This document shows, piece by piece, positions 1 to 14,060 of a DNA stretch of 64,000 nucleotides. The DNA is taken from contig CM060732.1 of the NCBI GenBank assembly GCA_030704615.1, forward strand, positions 82,212,001 to 82,276,000. Reading direction: 5' to 3'. The stretch's first letter is position 1, and every line of letters starts with the position of its first letter. This stretch comes from Takakia lepidozioides. Taxonomy: Eukaryota; Plantae; Bryophyta. The position numbers were made by a program, and so were the translations under genes. Under the pieces are notes generated by a model. It was given only the letters and a program-made list of their open reading frames with translations. It made no database searches and had not been told where the DNA came from.

Positions 1-687
1 TTCACCCTCTGCTGATGCGATGCACCTGGGTAGCCCTCAGCCTTGTGCCCACGGAGGGTGCGAGGATTAGACTAGCTTGAGAGAGCAGGAAAGCGGAGGA
101 GGAACTGATTGAACTGGACGGAATGGTCTTGGTTACTTCAAGATTGGATTTTGCCATGAAGCTCAAGGGTACTTAGGTACAAAACTACTATCTTATTGGA
201 AACAGCTCAATTGGAGATGACTGAGTTCAACATGTTATATTCATATATAGTGAAAAGATGCCGGGCCTCTGTGCAACATGCCGGGGGGCCTCTGTTCTGT
301 CCTCTATCATAGAACCATGCCTAGCTGCATCTCTCTCAATTGCCAATGAAGATGTGTTGGAGTCTACCTTCCCTCAGTTCATTGTTGGCAACTTAACTCT
401 CTGCTAGCGATTTTGCTATTTATGAGTGTCTTACCATGAAACATAGACTCTCTGGCTGTTCCACCTTGCTGCTAACTTTAGCCTACCTCTGTGCAGCTGC
501 CTACTAGAGTGTAGGGCCTTCAATTTACGTCAGTTATCTTTCTGTCTATCACCGTCTCAATGCATAAACCAAGTCAAATGTTTGATCGTCCATCCCTTCC
601 CCCTACAATCTCCATATCTCAATGCAACCCATTAGAGGTGAACATCCATCCAGGAACCGTCACTGCTTACGGGTCTGCTGTCAGAGC

Positions 688-3600
688 CTAGGTCTCCCTA
701 TTCAGAGCAGATTGATCAGAATCAATTTGCTGGCGTTCCAGTGCATCGACACTCATGTCCGCAGGGTACTCCAAGCCTCTCACATGAACCGCATAGCATG
801 CTGCACGCATTTCCACCAGTTGCGTCAAAACAACTGCCTGTAAATTAGTGCATCCTTGACTAACAATAAGAATACTTCAGAAGCGCAACAAGACTGCAGG
901 GCCAGACACCATATTCTTACTGCAAATACAGATTACCTCAGGACTTGCTGTGGCATGCAAACATAGACATTGTCAAAGTATTATGCAGATGGGTAAGTAT
1001 GTGCACTACATCCTTTTCCTTCTCTCTTCGTCACACCTTTCAAGCATTTACGTATTTCAAAGAAGACTTACTGTTCTCAATCTTGATCAAGCTCTGAAGC
1101 ATGATGTCCATCTTTTTCGTCAACTCGCGTGCATTGTCTACAGTGTTGGGTAGCTGGCTGAAGCCTTCGTATAGAGCTCGCACAAAGTCACACACTTCAG
1201 TCGCTGATTGCCACTGCCCAGCAGCCGCAGCTGTGACTGCCAAACGCATGAGCTCCCCTGTCAAGTCTCCCACCTAACCCCACCATCAGGTCTTCCCTCC
1301 CTGTATCTGCCTCTCTGGCCCTCCTTTTGACTACATCTCTATTCAAAATTACCTCAGTCATGGATATGGCTATTTTAGTCTTTTGCCATGCAATCTATGC
1401 AAGCCAAAAGAGAGCAGAGGACAGACTGACAATCCAACAACCATTCATACTCCTTCTGATACAACACTTTTTGTGTTCAACAGCGTGACAGTAACATGAT
1501 CGAGACAAATCATGAGTTATACCCCAAGAAGATAGTCAGGAAGGCTGATGCTGAATGGAACATCAGAGGCGTCCGTCAAGTGGGAAAGACTTGCATTGAG
1601 CTGCTGCAGTGTCAACAATTTCCCACTCTTACAGAATTCCACTACTGTTGCTGCCTCAACAAACTCCTGCATCTGTGCCCGCCATAAATAATGAGTTAAA
1701 CAGTTGAACTTCATAAATCGTTGAGTTACACATGGAAGTCTTAAGAATTCCCAGAAAAAGGTGTATAATTGGTCAACCAATCACCTGAACGGATCTATAT
1801 GTCTTTGTTACTCTCAGAGCATCTCCCCTCAAAGCTAATCAATGGGAAGAGGTTGGAGTCAGAAAAGCTACCCCTGGAGAGAATGCTTTCCTATACTTCC
1901 AAATCTCGTGGGCTTGCACTTCCAGAGCAATGCGTCCAACATACTTGGTCCTGACTTCCTCTAAGAGTGTCTCCGCTTGCTCCAAAGCTGCTTCCTTGTT
2001 TGTCCCGTGTATTATCCTGAGTCCATGCAGCGGATGATGACTGTATGTCAGATCAAGTGTCCTAAGCTCTGGAGATGGTTTAACATTCTGACTGCTTGCT
2101 CTAGTGGACTCAAAACTTTGATATAAGTAGTGATAGCTGCTGAAACTTCTGCACAGGAACATCAGAGGGGAATTTGACACAAGAAACTTTCAGCAAGAAA
2201 TTTCACCGAAGTTCTCTGAGTCCTTCTGCAGAAGATGGGTGATTGAAGCCAATTGAAACTGTGACCTTGGGGAGTGTCATTAGTAGAAACAGGTGATTGC
2301 AGCACTCATGTATCAAGTGTCCTAGTTCCAAAACTAGGATAAACAGGTGACATATCCTAAAAGTCAGGAAACGTCCATTGAAGAAATGTCCTCATTTGGA
2401 AAGAGGTAAGCATATGCAGTTTCTGAGTGTGAAGACTTGTGGGATCCAGAAAGTGACCAGCTGCTGACAAGCAAGTGAACAGTGACTGTAATAATGTCCT
2501 GGTTCCACAGTTATGTTGGGTATGTCAGCATAATTTCAAAGTATCAGTTGAGACGAGGAAGTTGGTATGGGGATCACCAGCAGCAAAAGCATGAACTGTC
2601 CTGCTTTCCTCACTAGTGTCCATTGGCATTTATAAGCAGTTTGAGAGTCTGAGCAATGGTCTGATTTTCAGTTCTTTGGTGGCTAAGCAATTAGGTGATA
2701 TTGAACAGAGTCTTAGAACAGGTCACTGCCTGTGTATCTGGAAAATGACTTTCTTGCTGTTCAGCGTGACATCACGACTCGCCTTCACTAGCCTTTCCCT
2801 TTTCTCGTTCTGAATTCACATGGAGAAGCACGATCAGATCACCAAATCTCACCACACGCACTCCCCATCGTAAACACTTGTTTATGTATGCCAATAGCAG
2901 TCCCTCTTTCCCACGGAAATCAAACTGTTTCCTTCAGGACAAGCCGCCTTACTGTAAGCCTTACTTCTACTTATCGAAAACGAAGCTCTCTTTTCTCTCT
3001 CATACTACCGGAGTCAGCCCCTGACAAAGGTAGTTTCTGTCCCTTTGTGTCCCGCTCAAACTAGGCGCGGGGTCAATGCCACAAGGCTACGGCAAACAAC
3101 GTCTTATGAGTACATTTTCTTTCTCTTTCTCTCTCTCTCTTTCCTTGAATGTGGATATGTTCTTTGTACAACACTCAAGGGCTGCCGGATCCCTCTGGCT
3201 CTTTCTCCATCCTTGAACATACAAGACATTTGACGGCAAACTAATACGTGATATCTTGTGCTAGGCCTTGAGGCAGCAGCATAATAGAGTATATGTGTAC
3301 ACCTTCTACATGATCCGCTCAATGTGCATTGCTCTCTTGGCTGGTCTACTGTAGCCCTTCTATCAGCATTAGGAAACCTGAAAATGAGAGGCTTGATGAT
3401 TTTCTCTCTCTCTCTCTCTTTCCTTGATTGTTGCTAAAAACTGTATAGACAGCATTCAAGAATTGACTGATCCCGTCTGTTCGCATTTTTTGTCTAAAAC
3501 GGAACGGGAAATTGGATTAACGGGATGACTCACTAGGGTGACTCATTAGGGTTCACCCTGGAGGTCTTGATCTAAAGCTGCTGCCCTATATGGTTAGTAT

Positions 3601-4804
3601 GCTTGGTCACTCGTTTCATTTGGAAGAGGAGCAGGCAAGAGCTGATGAAGGAGCTGATTACACTATGGCTACAAGCAAGGTCTCCATTCAGACTCCTTCA
3701 ACAGTATGATGGTCTGCTTAGTATGGCAACCCAAAGAGAGTTGACACTATGAGGAACTTACATGGACTTGACTAAGCTCTACTCTAAATCTAGGAATACT
3801 TGTGCAAAACCAAGGGCTTCTATATGGGTCCTTGCTCGAGTACTTGGTCTTCCTTTTGGGAATAGGTGCTTGTTGTCATGCTGACTTGATTAAGCTCTAC
3901 TTTGATTCTATGAAAACTTTTGCAAACCAAAGACCTCTATGTGTCCCCTTGCTTGAGTACTTGGCTCTAGTGACACCTTCCTTTTGGGACTGGGTGATTT
4001 CAGTAAGCAGTACAACAGTTCATGAAAAACCATGAACCATTCTGCCTATCTCTGTGGCAAATCTAACATGGGAGGAAAACCTGTATTTGATCATATACAC
4101 CACCACCCACCCCGATCGCCTCTATGGACATGGAGTCAATGTTGAGTCTCGATCAAGAGGAAATGTGACTGTGCCTCTTTGAAGGTTGTATTGTCTATAA
4201 ACTTTTGTTCTAATATGGAATAGAGGAATCGTTTCTTGTCAAGACAAGACAAGCCCTGTGTGTGTGTGTGTGTGTGTGGCGAGCTAGGGTAACAGCCAAA
4301 AGCTGGAACTTTCCCGGAATTGCATTTCCGGAGAAGTTGAAGCTATTGAATAGACCTTTGTTGAGATAATTCGGAATGCCAGAATCGACTTCGTTTTCAA
4401 AGTAAGTCCCATACTGGAACGTGCCTTCAGCAATGGAATTGCACTTAATACGCTCTCTTCCAACCCTGCCCATCTCCTCTCTCACTCGGCTCCGCCAAAC
4501 CAGCCCGGGTTCCAGTGCTACAAGGTTAAAACAAGAAAATTGCCTGGAACACATTCTATCCTTTTCTTCGAAGATATCACTGTTTACAAAGTAATGCATA
4601 TAATCAATCTCGGTTACTTTCCTTAACAGAGCTAGCACCTCCAGGCAAAATACTCCGAAGGCAGACAAGTACCTCGGCATCAAGCTTCTCCGAATACTTC
4701 AGAAACGGTGCACTGTAAGCATTGGTGCGCACGGCCAATCCTTTTGGCCTGCGTACCATGGACTCCATATCGACACAGAATTGCAGCTTAGATGTCCTCA
4801 GCAT
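688..4804 (-). CDS. TRAX: Translin-associated factor X (TRAX, C3PO nuclease subunit), 6 coding exons
   Basis: Exons ~4804-4673, 2809-2730, 2016-1872, 1672-1523, 1273-1072 and 800-688 join in frame. Motifs NEKRERLVKASRDVTLNSKKVIFQIHR, FSPGMQEFVEA, DYLLGVGDLTGELMRLA and KIENTCYAVHVRGLEY match plant TRAX, and the acidic catalytic residues (QEFVE, GD) are present. The true start could lie in an upstream exon near 5000-5170. Confidence 0.88.
3765..3990. repeat. Degenerate ~118-bp tandem duplication in TRAX intron 1
   Basis: GACTTGA(C/T)TAAGCTCTACT...GCAAA...CCTTGCT(C/T)GAGTACTTGG occurs twice. Confidence 0.7.
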
Positions 4805-5683
4805 ACCTATGGAGCCAAGAACAATTCCTCCGACACTGGCCCGAGAGCGTCTGCGCTAACAGCTCATAAGCACCACGCCTAGGGCTGACTCCTGTCACAA
4901 TTCTTTGTTCTTTCCTCTAAACGCAGATCGACCTCTCGACAGGTAATACTAACCGTAAGCGCGTTTTGTGGTGGAGATGGAGGTTGCTTAGGCTAATAAG
5001 TCTCTCACCGTCATTATGGCCACCTTTCAATGTTCTCTCCCGCTCTTTCGCTTTCATTTCCTGCTTGTTGTTGGTGCTTGCTTACCTCTCATGATGGTGT
5101 CGCAGCTTCCCATCGGTCAGAGGCTGCTGTGCGTGCAAGGCAAGAATGCGTTGAGACCAAAGATCATGTTTGATTAGGGCTTAGACCTCTTGAGGATCGG
5201 AAGCATCGAACTGTAAGCAAGCAAGTTGAAGCACCAAAACCCTAAAGTCGATTGTAACTAGAGGGCGATCAATACTTTTTAAGAGATTTCTTAGAAATCG
5301 TCTGATTTGTTACCCCGCTTCAACATGGCATCTTTAAAGATTCATAATGTTCAATACAATTATCAATAGACAATTAGATTAAGCAAATAGTTTACGTACG
5401 TATTTATAGGAGCATTATAAGATTCTACAATGCAAAGTGTAGGGAGGTTCCAATGTATGTATGGCAGCAGGAGCTGTTCTCAAATTTGAACTGATCACAA
5501 TTGACATCTGTCGAGTAATTACGTGTAGAATTGCAATGGCAGAGCTCGGTAGGATTGTCTACGTCATGGATTGCCAATCGAATATGAATCAGTGTACAAG
5601 TATGTCTAGATCGAACTGGTCAGTAGCAGTGATCTGCAGGAGTGTAGCTGATCGTGGATCACCCACAGGGGTTATGGTACATG

Positions 5684-8600
5684 TTAGAACTGAAGACAGC
5701 AAGCTTTGTCGTAGTCCAGTTTCTCCAAGTTGGGTAGACATGCGGACTCGATCAGGGCTGGCGGTCCGCACATTACAGCCACAGTGTCTGAAGAGCCATG
5801 GGGCAGATGCGCTTTCACCATCTCCTCGTTGATGTGGCCACGGCTGTAACTCCACCCCGCCTGATCTGGGATGCCACTAAGGGTATACCAAACTTTGAAG
5901 TTTTTGTGATTCTCTTGCCACCTATCCAGCTGATTTCGCAGCATGATGTCAGCTTCTGTGCGGTTTGAGTATATAAGGAATACCTCAGTGGTATCTTCCG
6001 GATCATTTAGTACAGCGCGGATGACTTGGTATATGGGCGTAATACCAGTACCTCCTGCATCAGTAACAACTTCAGCCAATTCGTTCCTCATTCATGCCTC
6101 TGGCAAGCTTACAAACTTACAGGCCCGAGCAGGTAGATCAGATTCTGTTTCCTACTGTCTAGAGACAAGTTACTAGTCAGTGAACGCACAGTCAGAAGAG
6201 AGAGAGAGGAAAGCTCCTACCGAAACAGTCGTAACTTATGGTTTCTCTGCACCACAAAGGCCTGCTAGCTAAGTAGACTTTCCGTTTGGAAGGTGGACAC
6301 CTCGAAGATTATGAAAAGATACACCGAGAGTTGAGACCCTATTCAACTACTTCATCACCCAACCTTTTCAAACAAGAGCTAGGACGCAGTTGTTATACCT
6401 GCAAGCATGCTGATTCTCCGCACAAATTTGGGCTTTCCATTGATCGAAATACTTCCTCTTCCTTGATAGTGGACATGTCCAACAGGACCCTTGACGTCTA
6501 TTGTATCCCCAATTTCGAGAGAGTCCAGGTACTGGGAGAAAAGACCACCCATTGGGAACCTTGGATTCAAATCTTTGAAATACACCTTGATTACAAGCTC
6601 AAAGTACCCCACGTCGTCGTCATTGCTGGTGGGTGTGTAAGCTCTCATGCAGAGTTGACCATTGATAGTGGCGCTGACGAATATATGCTTGCCAACAGGA
6701 AGTCCCAATACATGATTCTCGCTTTGCAATGCAAATCTCAACCTGCAATGAATCAGATCAAACAGGTCCTTTAATTACTAATGTACAACTTTTACAATCA
6801 AAAGAAGATTTAGATACAGCTATTTAACGACCATGATGCGATGTCATTTGATTATATGTTATATAGCTGCTACTTAAATGCTCAGATCAGATAGAGATCA
6901 ATCCTGATGGAGACACTTTTCTAGAAGTATCCAAAGTGTACAGACTCGATTACTGCACAATCTAGGTGACTCCTTTAGTCGAGATGTATAGGATGGTAGT
7001 AATATAGTTGATGTAGTCGATCTGACTGAGTGGCGTACCTGCGAACATCGTGACTCAAGGCCTCTTTCTCAATGAGGCGGAAGGGTCGTTTTTCTTTGGG
7101 ACTCAGTGCCACTGGTCTCACAGATTCCGACTCCTGGATGGGGGCTACGGGAGCTACTCCAGGGACACAGCTTCCTGGAGTCACGTCGTTAGAAAGGCTG
7201 CCCTGGACTGCAAGGTCGCCAATATAATACTCTTCCAGCATCGCCTTTGCCTTGGACGAGTGGATGGCGTCGAACTCTTCTGTGGCATCGGATCCTGCGT
7301 TGATGAGAATACTATCTGCTCCACCGGGGTGGTCAACCAAGAACTTGGTGCAGTCGTAGACCTTGTTGTGCACCACGATCCACGCCGAGGCCGCTTTGCA
7401 GTGCTTTCGCACCTCCGCCATAGATATCCGACGCGCTGCGCCATGTAGAGCGGGTGACGACGGGCTCTTGGCTATCACGTCATTGGATGCAGTTACTTCC
7501 GCGCTCTGCTTCACCATCCATCCACCGCCTTTGTTTCCCGGACGAGTGGGATGCTCGAAGGTGAGGCCAACGCCCCCTTCCATGGGCTTGCAGGGGCCCA
7601 CTTTCACCCGGAACCAGCAGTTGTTCATCATGCCCTGCGATACCCACCCCCCATTCATTGCCTGCTTCAATTGCGCCGAAAATATGGAAGATTACAGATC
7701 ATCCAGAAACAAATCCTCAAGCTTTCGAGAAGAATCTGGACCTAGCATTGCTATGCGCCAAGAGTTGTGGGAAGCACGTCTGCCATTTTCAGTGCTCAGC
7801 CTATCACAAACAGGTTCAGCATATGGGTTATATGTACATGATAAGAGTTGTAAACTCGCTCATATGAATACAAAAGAGAATTCTAGCACCGTTGCATGCC
7901 CTCAGAAGTGTGGAGGAAGATGACCAATCTCCAACTTCCACAGTCCCATGCTTTCATAAATACAAGCTCCAAAGGCATGGGTCGGTGGGCCCCAGCACAC
8001 AAATTCGGCCATGAATTGCAAAATCCAGATTCCAGTCCCCCTCAAGAAACAGGCAGTTAAATGTACAGCTTTATTCACGCGGGCCTAGGTCAGGCTCAGC
8101 ATGTAGCCGCCGCCCACCATGGCAATTTAAACATCTGCTTTATTCACGTGAGCTACCAGTGCTTCTCATCATCGAGTGGGAATCCCAGTAAATAGCAAGA
8201 GCCAAGTCAGAAGGGCGAATTTCAGCTTACAGTATTTGCTCACCCACAGTCATGCTACCAATCATGCCATCGAACAAAGCAATGGAGTAAAATAGTCAAA
8301 CATCACTCATTGCACTGGTAGTACAGCATCCCATGCAGCCCATGAGCGCAATAGTGCGGTGCACCCTGTCTATTGAAAGAAGCATATGCCAGCTGATGAG
8401 GAAGTGAATGGTCACCGTAAGTACTTACCATCACATTCCAAGTCAGGTGCTCGGGTTGAGTGTTCATGGAAGCGTCCCAGGCGCGCACTACGATTTCTTT
8501 GGTCTGCAGCAGCTCCATTACATCTACGGTCACCTCCCAGAAGCACCAGCACCAGTATTTTCCATACTTGGTGGGCTTTTCTGGGTGCTGGATCTTGCAG

Positions 8601-10946
8601 AGTCTCCAGGTCATACCGTCATCTAGCGATATCTCCACCCTTGTGACTTTCCTCCCTCCCCCTGGAGACATACGAAAGTGTTATCTCCGTATCTGAAATG
8701 GCGCTCTAATAATACAACGGTGTAAAAGGGACGAAGAAGAAGTTACAGAAAATAATTTAGAGCCAAGAGGGTCGAGCCAAAGACAGTAGTTACCTGAGTA
8801 GGCATAGCCCTTTATGAGGTAGGGCTCTTGGACGGTGGAAAAGTTGATGGGAAGTACTTCAGCATGAGCAGGAGTGGTGATGGCGGAATTGATATTCAGC
8901 TCGTTTATAACATAGTCAGGTCGATACCACCACCCTGCCAATCGATAGAAGGAAAACAAAGTAGCAGAGAATCAGCTCTCGAAAGACACAACGTGCGTGC
9001 GCACACTCTTGAATTCAATCTAGGACTATGTACGTCTATGCAAGGCGTGCACTGCCTGAAAGCAATGACCCCAGGGAAGATTGAAGAAATTCAGCATTGA
9101 CGACGTAGTACGCAGAGATACCTCGTGTAGCACTTGGAAAAGAGATGTCATCTGGAGTAAGAAGATTTGAATTTAACCATTTATAGATGGAGTCAGGATA
9201 TCTTTAACTATTACTGCTCATCATCTGAAGAGACGCACCTTCCGCCTTCGCTATCTCAGCATCAACATGAGACGGCAAGACACGATTGTCATGGAAGTGG
9301 TAGTAGTTGCCCGATTCCTGCGAAGTAACGACGATTTTTCTCAGCCATTTCACCATCCGCCCTCCAATATAGCCTGGGATGATAACACGCACTGGAAAGC
9401 CATGATCAGGCTCCAACAGTTTCCCATTTTGTTCGTACGCCAGCAACACATCACGTCCTTCATCCATTGCAACTTCAATTGTGATGCTTGTACCATAGCA
9501 TGAGCCCCCACCACCTGAACACAAATCCAATGTCGATCCCAAATTAACATACAGTTCACGACTTCAGTAAACTGCAGTTTCCCTCTCGTTTTCCTCCCAA
9601 GGGAATGTTCACTCAGCTGGCCCTCATTGAGATTTCTGTGTACACCACGTTGAAGAGATGTAGACTGCTTCATCACTAAAACCAAACCGCTTGATCTTGA
9701 GAACTGTTACAAGTTCTCTTGATTCAGTGAAATTGTTTATTACCTGGAAGGATTTCAGAGCCCTCAATACACACAAATAGCGCACCCTTCTTCTTGGGCA
9801 AGACCCCACAGTAGCGGAGGACATCGCAAAGGCGGGCACCCCGCCAGATGGAAGTACTGCAGGCAGCAGCGCCCCAGTTGAATCCGATGGACTGCTTCAC
9901 CATGTTTTGCTCTTTGCGCCGGTTTCCAGCACAAACAAGCGTTACTGGAAGCTCCCGTGGCTGGAACAATTCGAGAAGATCTTGCATTTTGAGGGTGGTG
10001 GGTCTCTTAACAAGCCCCGTGACCTCGACCGTCCATTCTTCCCAAACACCACGCGGTACATATCCATGATTTCGCACGTAGTGAAGAGAGGTGGGCGTGA
10101 TGAATCCTGCCTGCCTTAGTCACAATTGAACAACTTTAGCTCATACGCATGGCAGCAATGTGCAGATCCAGGTACCATTTCACTAACTAGAACTAGCGAG
10201 CTGAATATTCATACAACATCTGTACATATAACCAGTTCACTCAGAGGACGTCCCTTTGAGATAGTTCAAACTTCAATGCATCCTTATTCATCTAACTGTA
10301 CAGGTCTAGCAAACCCAACTGAGCGAATTTAGGCTAGGTACACTGTGGGGACCTCGTGAACGTCATAAGTTCCTGGGCCTCCAGGGCCACTTGAGATTTA
10401 TTATGAATGTGCAATCGTCCGGATTACTGTTCAAACTGTGTACAGACGTTGCCAGAACACCCTCTCCCAGGCCTCACTAAACTCCCGGGAAGATGTTAAT
10501 TGTACCTGCATAAGGAGAGACAAGGGTGGCTCACTGTTGAAGGGGTGGCGGCCTGTTAGGCGGACCAACTCAGGATGCCTATGAATCCACTCATCAGCGG
10601 TACCCACATCCCGCCCATCCACACTGTAAACTGGCTCCTCTGGAATCACCCACTCCGCTCTCTCATCATCACTGTCGCCGTCTTCGTCTGCGTCCCCCTC
10701 CACAGGCTTTGCGACCGTCCTGAAAACGGACACTCTACCGTTTCCCAGATCCGTGACCCTGCCAGGCTCTTGTGCGAAATAACCGTTGGAAACTGTTGAA
10801 ACTACAGTGTCCCTTGCTCTAAGCTCACCTTGGACGACCCAAGGGACACCATTCCTCCTCGCCACCTCGACACCATTGTAGACCTCGCGTCCTTCCAGTG
10901 GCAGCGAGGGTGGTGGTGGGAGGGGAGAGTCCACCGATATCCCCAT
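5684..10946 (-). CDS. NIA: Assimilatory nitrate reductase (Moco, dimerisation, cytochrome b5, FAD and NAD(P)H domains), 8 exons
   Basis: Exons 10946-10506, 10110-9744, 9514-9239, 8934-8794, 8661-8429, 7634-7039, 6742-6399 and 6054-5684; all introns are GT-AG and phase-compatible. Motifs: [31 protein letters not shown] (Mo-ligand Cys), [30 protein letters not shown] (heme), [17 protein letters not shown]. Confidence 0.97.
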
Positions 10947-13138
10947 TTCCGTCTTTCTTTGGCAACGAACAAGAGCCTAAGGCAGATACAGTTGTAGATC
11001 ATGAAGATGAACAACTTTTTGCAAGGTCTTTCATTGAAGCATAACAAATCCGGCACCTTTCATGAACCAACCGCCACTGTTCCGCTTCCTGGACCAGATC
11101 TTACAAACCTTCCACAGCCAAGGTTCGCAATTCTGCTGCTCAAGCTCGAGACTTTCGAGAGCACCCTGTGTTCCTCCCTTGCACCATGCCATGCAGCGCA
11201 CGGCATCAACAGCTCTCAAGTGAGATTTCTAACAATTCCAGACTCGGTCTACAGACAAACAGATGCACAATTCTTCGAAGAGCTGCGCTGCGCTCGTATT
11301 TATGGCCTCTAGGTACGCAAGAGCTGTGGAGCTCATGAACTCTTCAAATTCTCAGACGCCCAGGTCGACTAGCCAAGGTTCTGGGCCCACTGCACAAGCT
11401 CATATACCCCGGCGCTTGTCCGACGGTCACTCCAAGGTCGCGCGCTTGACCCTTCGGACAACGGACCCTGCCCGCAGCAGCCCCGCGGGCCTTGCCTGCG
11501 ACGCAGCGCCCCGGCGCCGGGTGGCTCCGCGACCCGGCGCCGCGTGGCCCCCGCCCTCGGTCTCCCTCTGAAGCCCTCCCTGCTCCACACTTGCCTTTCT
11601 CTCCTCTCAATTCTCTCCCCAATCCAACTCGTACACGGGTGGACAGGGCGTGTCCCGTTCCCTGGAGTTGAGAGCGGGGGATCCCAGCGTTCCCTCATGC
11701 CACTGCCGGCTCGGCATGCGGAATCGACAGTACGTCTTGGCTCCCTGTATTGCGTCCCGTAATCGTCCTCTAAAATGGAAGAAAACGCCACCGAAGCTCG
11801 GAACGTACAACCAAAAAGACCCGGAGCGGTGACAAGGGCGGTGCCGACTGCCGACCACGGCGTACAGTTATTTGGCGTTGTTGTCAGGACGGTTACGTCA
11901 TACTGGGGGTTGGAATGGTGTGAGCTACCCACACGTGTGCATACTCACGTACTATGGAATGGGCAGGCCTCTGCCGACTCTGCAGGGTAAGCGCCAGGGC
12001 CAGCCTCGGGCCCAGCCGGGCACCCTGTCCTGCCGGTTCGGCAGGGGCAGGCCCGCCCATTCCACGACATACATGAAGGATTTCGGGAAAGATTCCGGGG
12101 CGTGTGCAGCCTGTGAATGGGTGCCACCCGTGATGGTTGCTTACAAAGTCAAGACCCTTCGTGATTGTTGATCTGCACACGTGGCACTTGAGCGCATAGG
12201 CAGAATGCGGCACGAAGGCTGCACGAGTCCATCCACAGTTTGGTAAGAGTGCACATATTTTTGTCGAGGTGCATGGTTCTAGTTACGCAACCTGCCGAGT
12301 GCCATGACATGCACGTGTGGCCAAATACTTACAAAGGTAACATCCAATGGCGCATACGTGAGAAGGGCAGAAGTAGCGCAGGAGTACCGACTGCTGCGGT
12401 GGACCGGGCATTCCCTGGTGTGGTCCCCCATCGGAGCCGGTCCGGTACAATATCCGTGTGCCCGTATTTGTTTTGGAGGGCCCACCCCCTTGGGGAACGG
12501 TAGGCTGTAGCCGAAAGGGGCACAGCCCAAAATGTGTCTCTCGGTGGCCGGGTCCTAATGAGTTGCATGGCACAGAGGGGACCATGCCCTGCCAACGGGC
12601 CCACCACACGGGAACTTTACCTATGATCTTTCTTTTGTTATATATTCGCAACCCTAAACCAGAGTCCTCCGATGATGAGAGCTTATGAAGGTGTAGCCTA
12701 ATAATGGAACTCCTGTAGGTATAGCTTTATAAAAAGACCCAAGTTAGAGGACGTTGGTTGATGAGGTTGTGCATCCTCTAGTTTTTGTTGATGCCTGGCT
12801 CAATGGGTATCTCCACGGAGATAGTTTATGGCTACTCGCACGCAGAAGTTCAGATTGTTTTTGCAACTACCTTCATGGAGGAAATCATGCAACTACTTGC
12901 ATGGAAGTAGTTACAAATCTTCTAACCCCAAGAAAAAGCCAAATCCTTGACCCAATTAATCTGCGTGTAGGTAATCCACCCCTATGTGAGTGAGAAGGTG
13001 GGCGCATCACCCGACCACCTCATTACAAGGAGGAGGCCCTAAATGTTATAGCATTTGCGCACACTAATCCATGTACAAAATACAAGCCAAAACCCCATAG
13101 GTCTTTCCGGCGGCCCACACTCACTAGAGTCTAATGAT

Positions 13139-13637
13139 TGTTACCTCTTTATATGTTAAATTGCATGTGAAGCCTCAAAAGGAGCCTGAAGCATATACTC
13201 CCTTCCTCTCAAGAAACGTGTTTTCACAACAAAGGGGGCAAGCGAAAGAGCAGGCAATGCGCGAGAGGAGGATCAAGCGGGCGGATCTGAAACACAAGAG
13301 CTCTCATCCAAAGTTTGTACACCCAAATCACATATACACTAACACCTCAATACACCGCCCTGACCTTGTGTCAGGGCGCCATCTTTATACACAAAAGCCC
13401 TAACCATAGTGGCCTGCCGCGTGGCGAGGTATCATAGGCCAAGGCTCATGGTGCTGTCTTGCAGCCCTAGATCTGATGGAGGGCCAGGATCAAGCCACCA
13501 GCCTAAACTAACCCTAACCTAGACATCATTGTAATGGATTAACGGCGTTATATGCCAAAAAATTATACTATGGATGTGTATCGCCGTTTTGGATGAAACG
13601 GGTTATTTCCAGGCGTAAGCAAGTATGGGACTTTACA
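13139..13637 (-). repeat. Putative 3' LTR (TGTAAAG...GGTAACA) preceded by a purine-rich PPT-like tract
   Basis: 13493-13637 matches 21529-21673 (7 mismatches in 145 bp, no gaps). GTGGGGGGTAGG lies just upstream on the minus strand (~13648-13659). The distal end is inferred from the TG...CA termini only. Confidence 0.65.
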
Positions 13638-14060
13638 TCTGTGAAGCCTACCCCCCACGAAAAATCTTGAGCTCCGCGTAGGAAAACAAATAATGGGAAA
13701 ATATCACCCTCCACTGCTGGGTGAAAAACCTACCAAGGGAAAACCTGACACCTGCAAGTCGGGCCTAGGACAAAACCCTTGGCTAGGAAAACCGTGCAGG
13801 GAGTACAAATGGTGAGATGTCATAAAATGTTCTAAGTCCTAGAGAGGTCAAGTCCGAGGACCCCAAAAGGCATCAGCCGCAAACTAAGACTAAGCCGCTG
13901 AGAAGAGAAGTGGAGTAAGCTGAAGTAGATCGCTAAGAAGATCAAGACATCACCCCATCGTGCGCCCCTCCACATTCATACATGTGAGATCAAAAGCTAG
14001 CTCGGAATGCACCAAGTCCGTCAAGGAAACAGGTTCATCCCGCACTTCAGTGTTAGAGCC

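Noticed and set aside
2-70. Last codons of a plus-strand gene entering from the left edge (SPSADAMHLGSPQPCAHGGCED*)
   Set aside because: Too short to support; no recognisable motif.
10950-11470. NLP-binding nitrate-responsive element in the NIA promoter
   Set aside because: Only half-site matches (e.g. TGACCCTT at ~11447) without a correctly spaced AAG.
11263-12688. Cluster of overlapping ORFs of 60-187 aa
   Set aside because: Expected from high GC content (few stop codons); no recognisable motifs or consistent splice structure.
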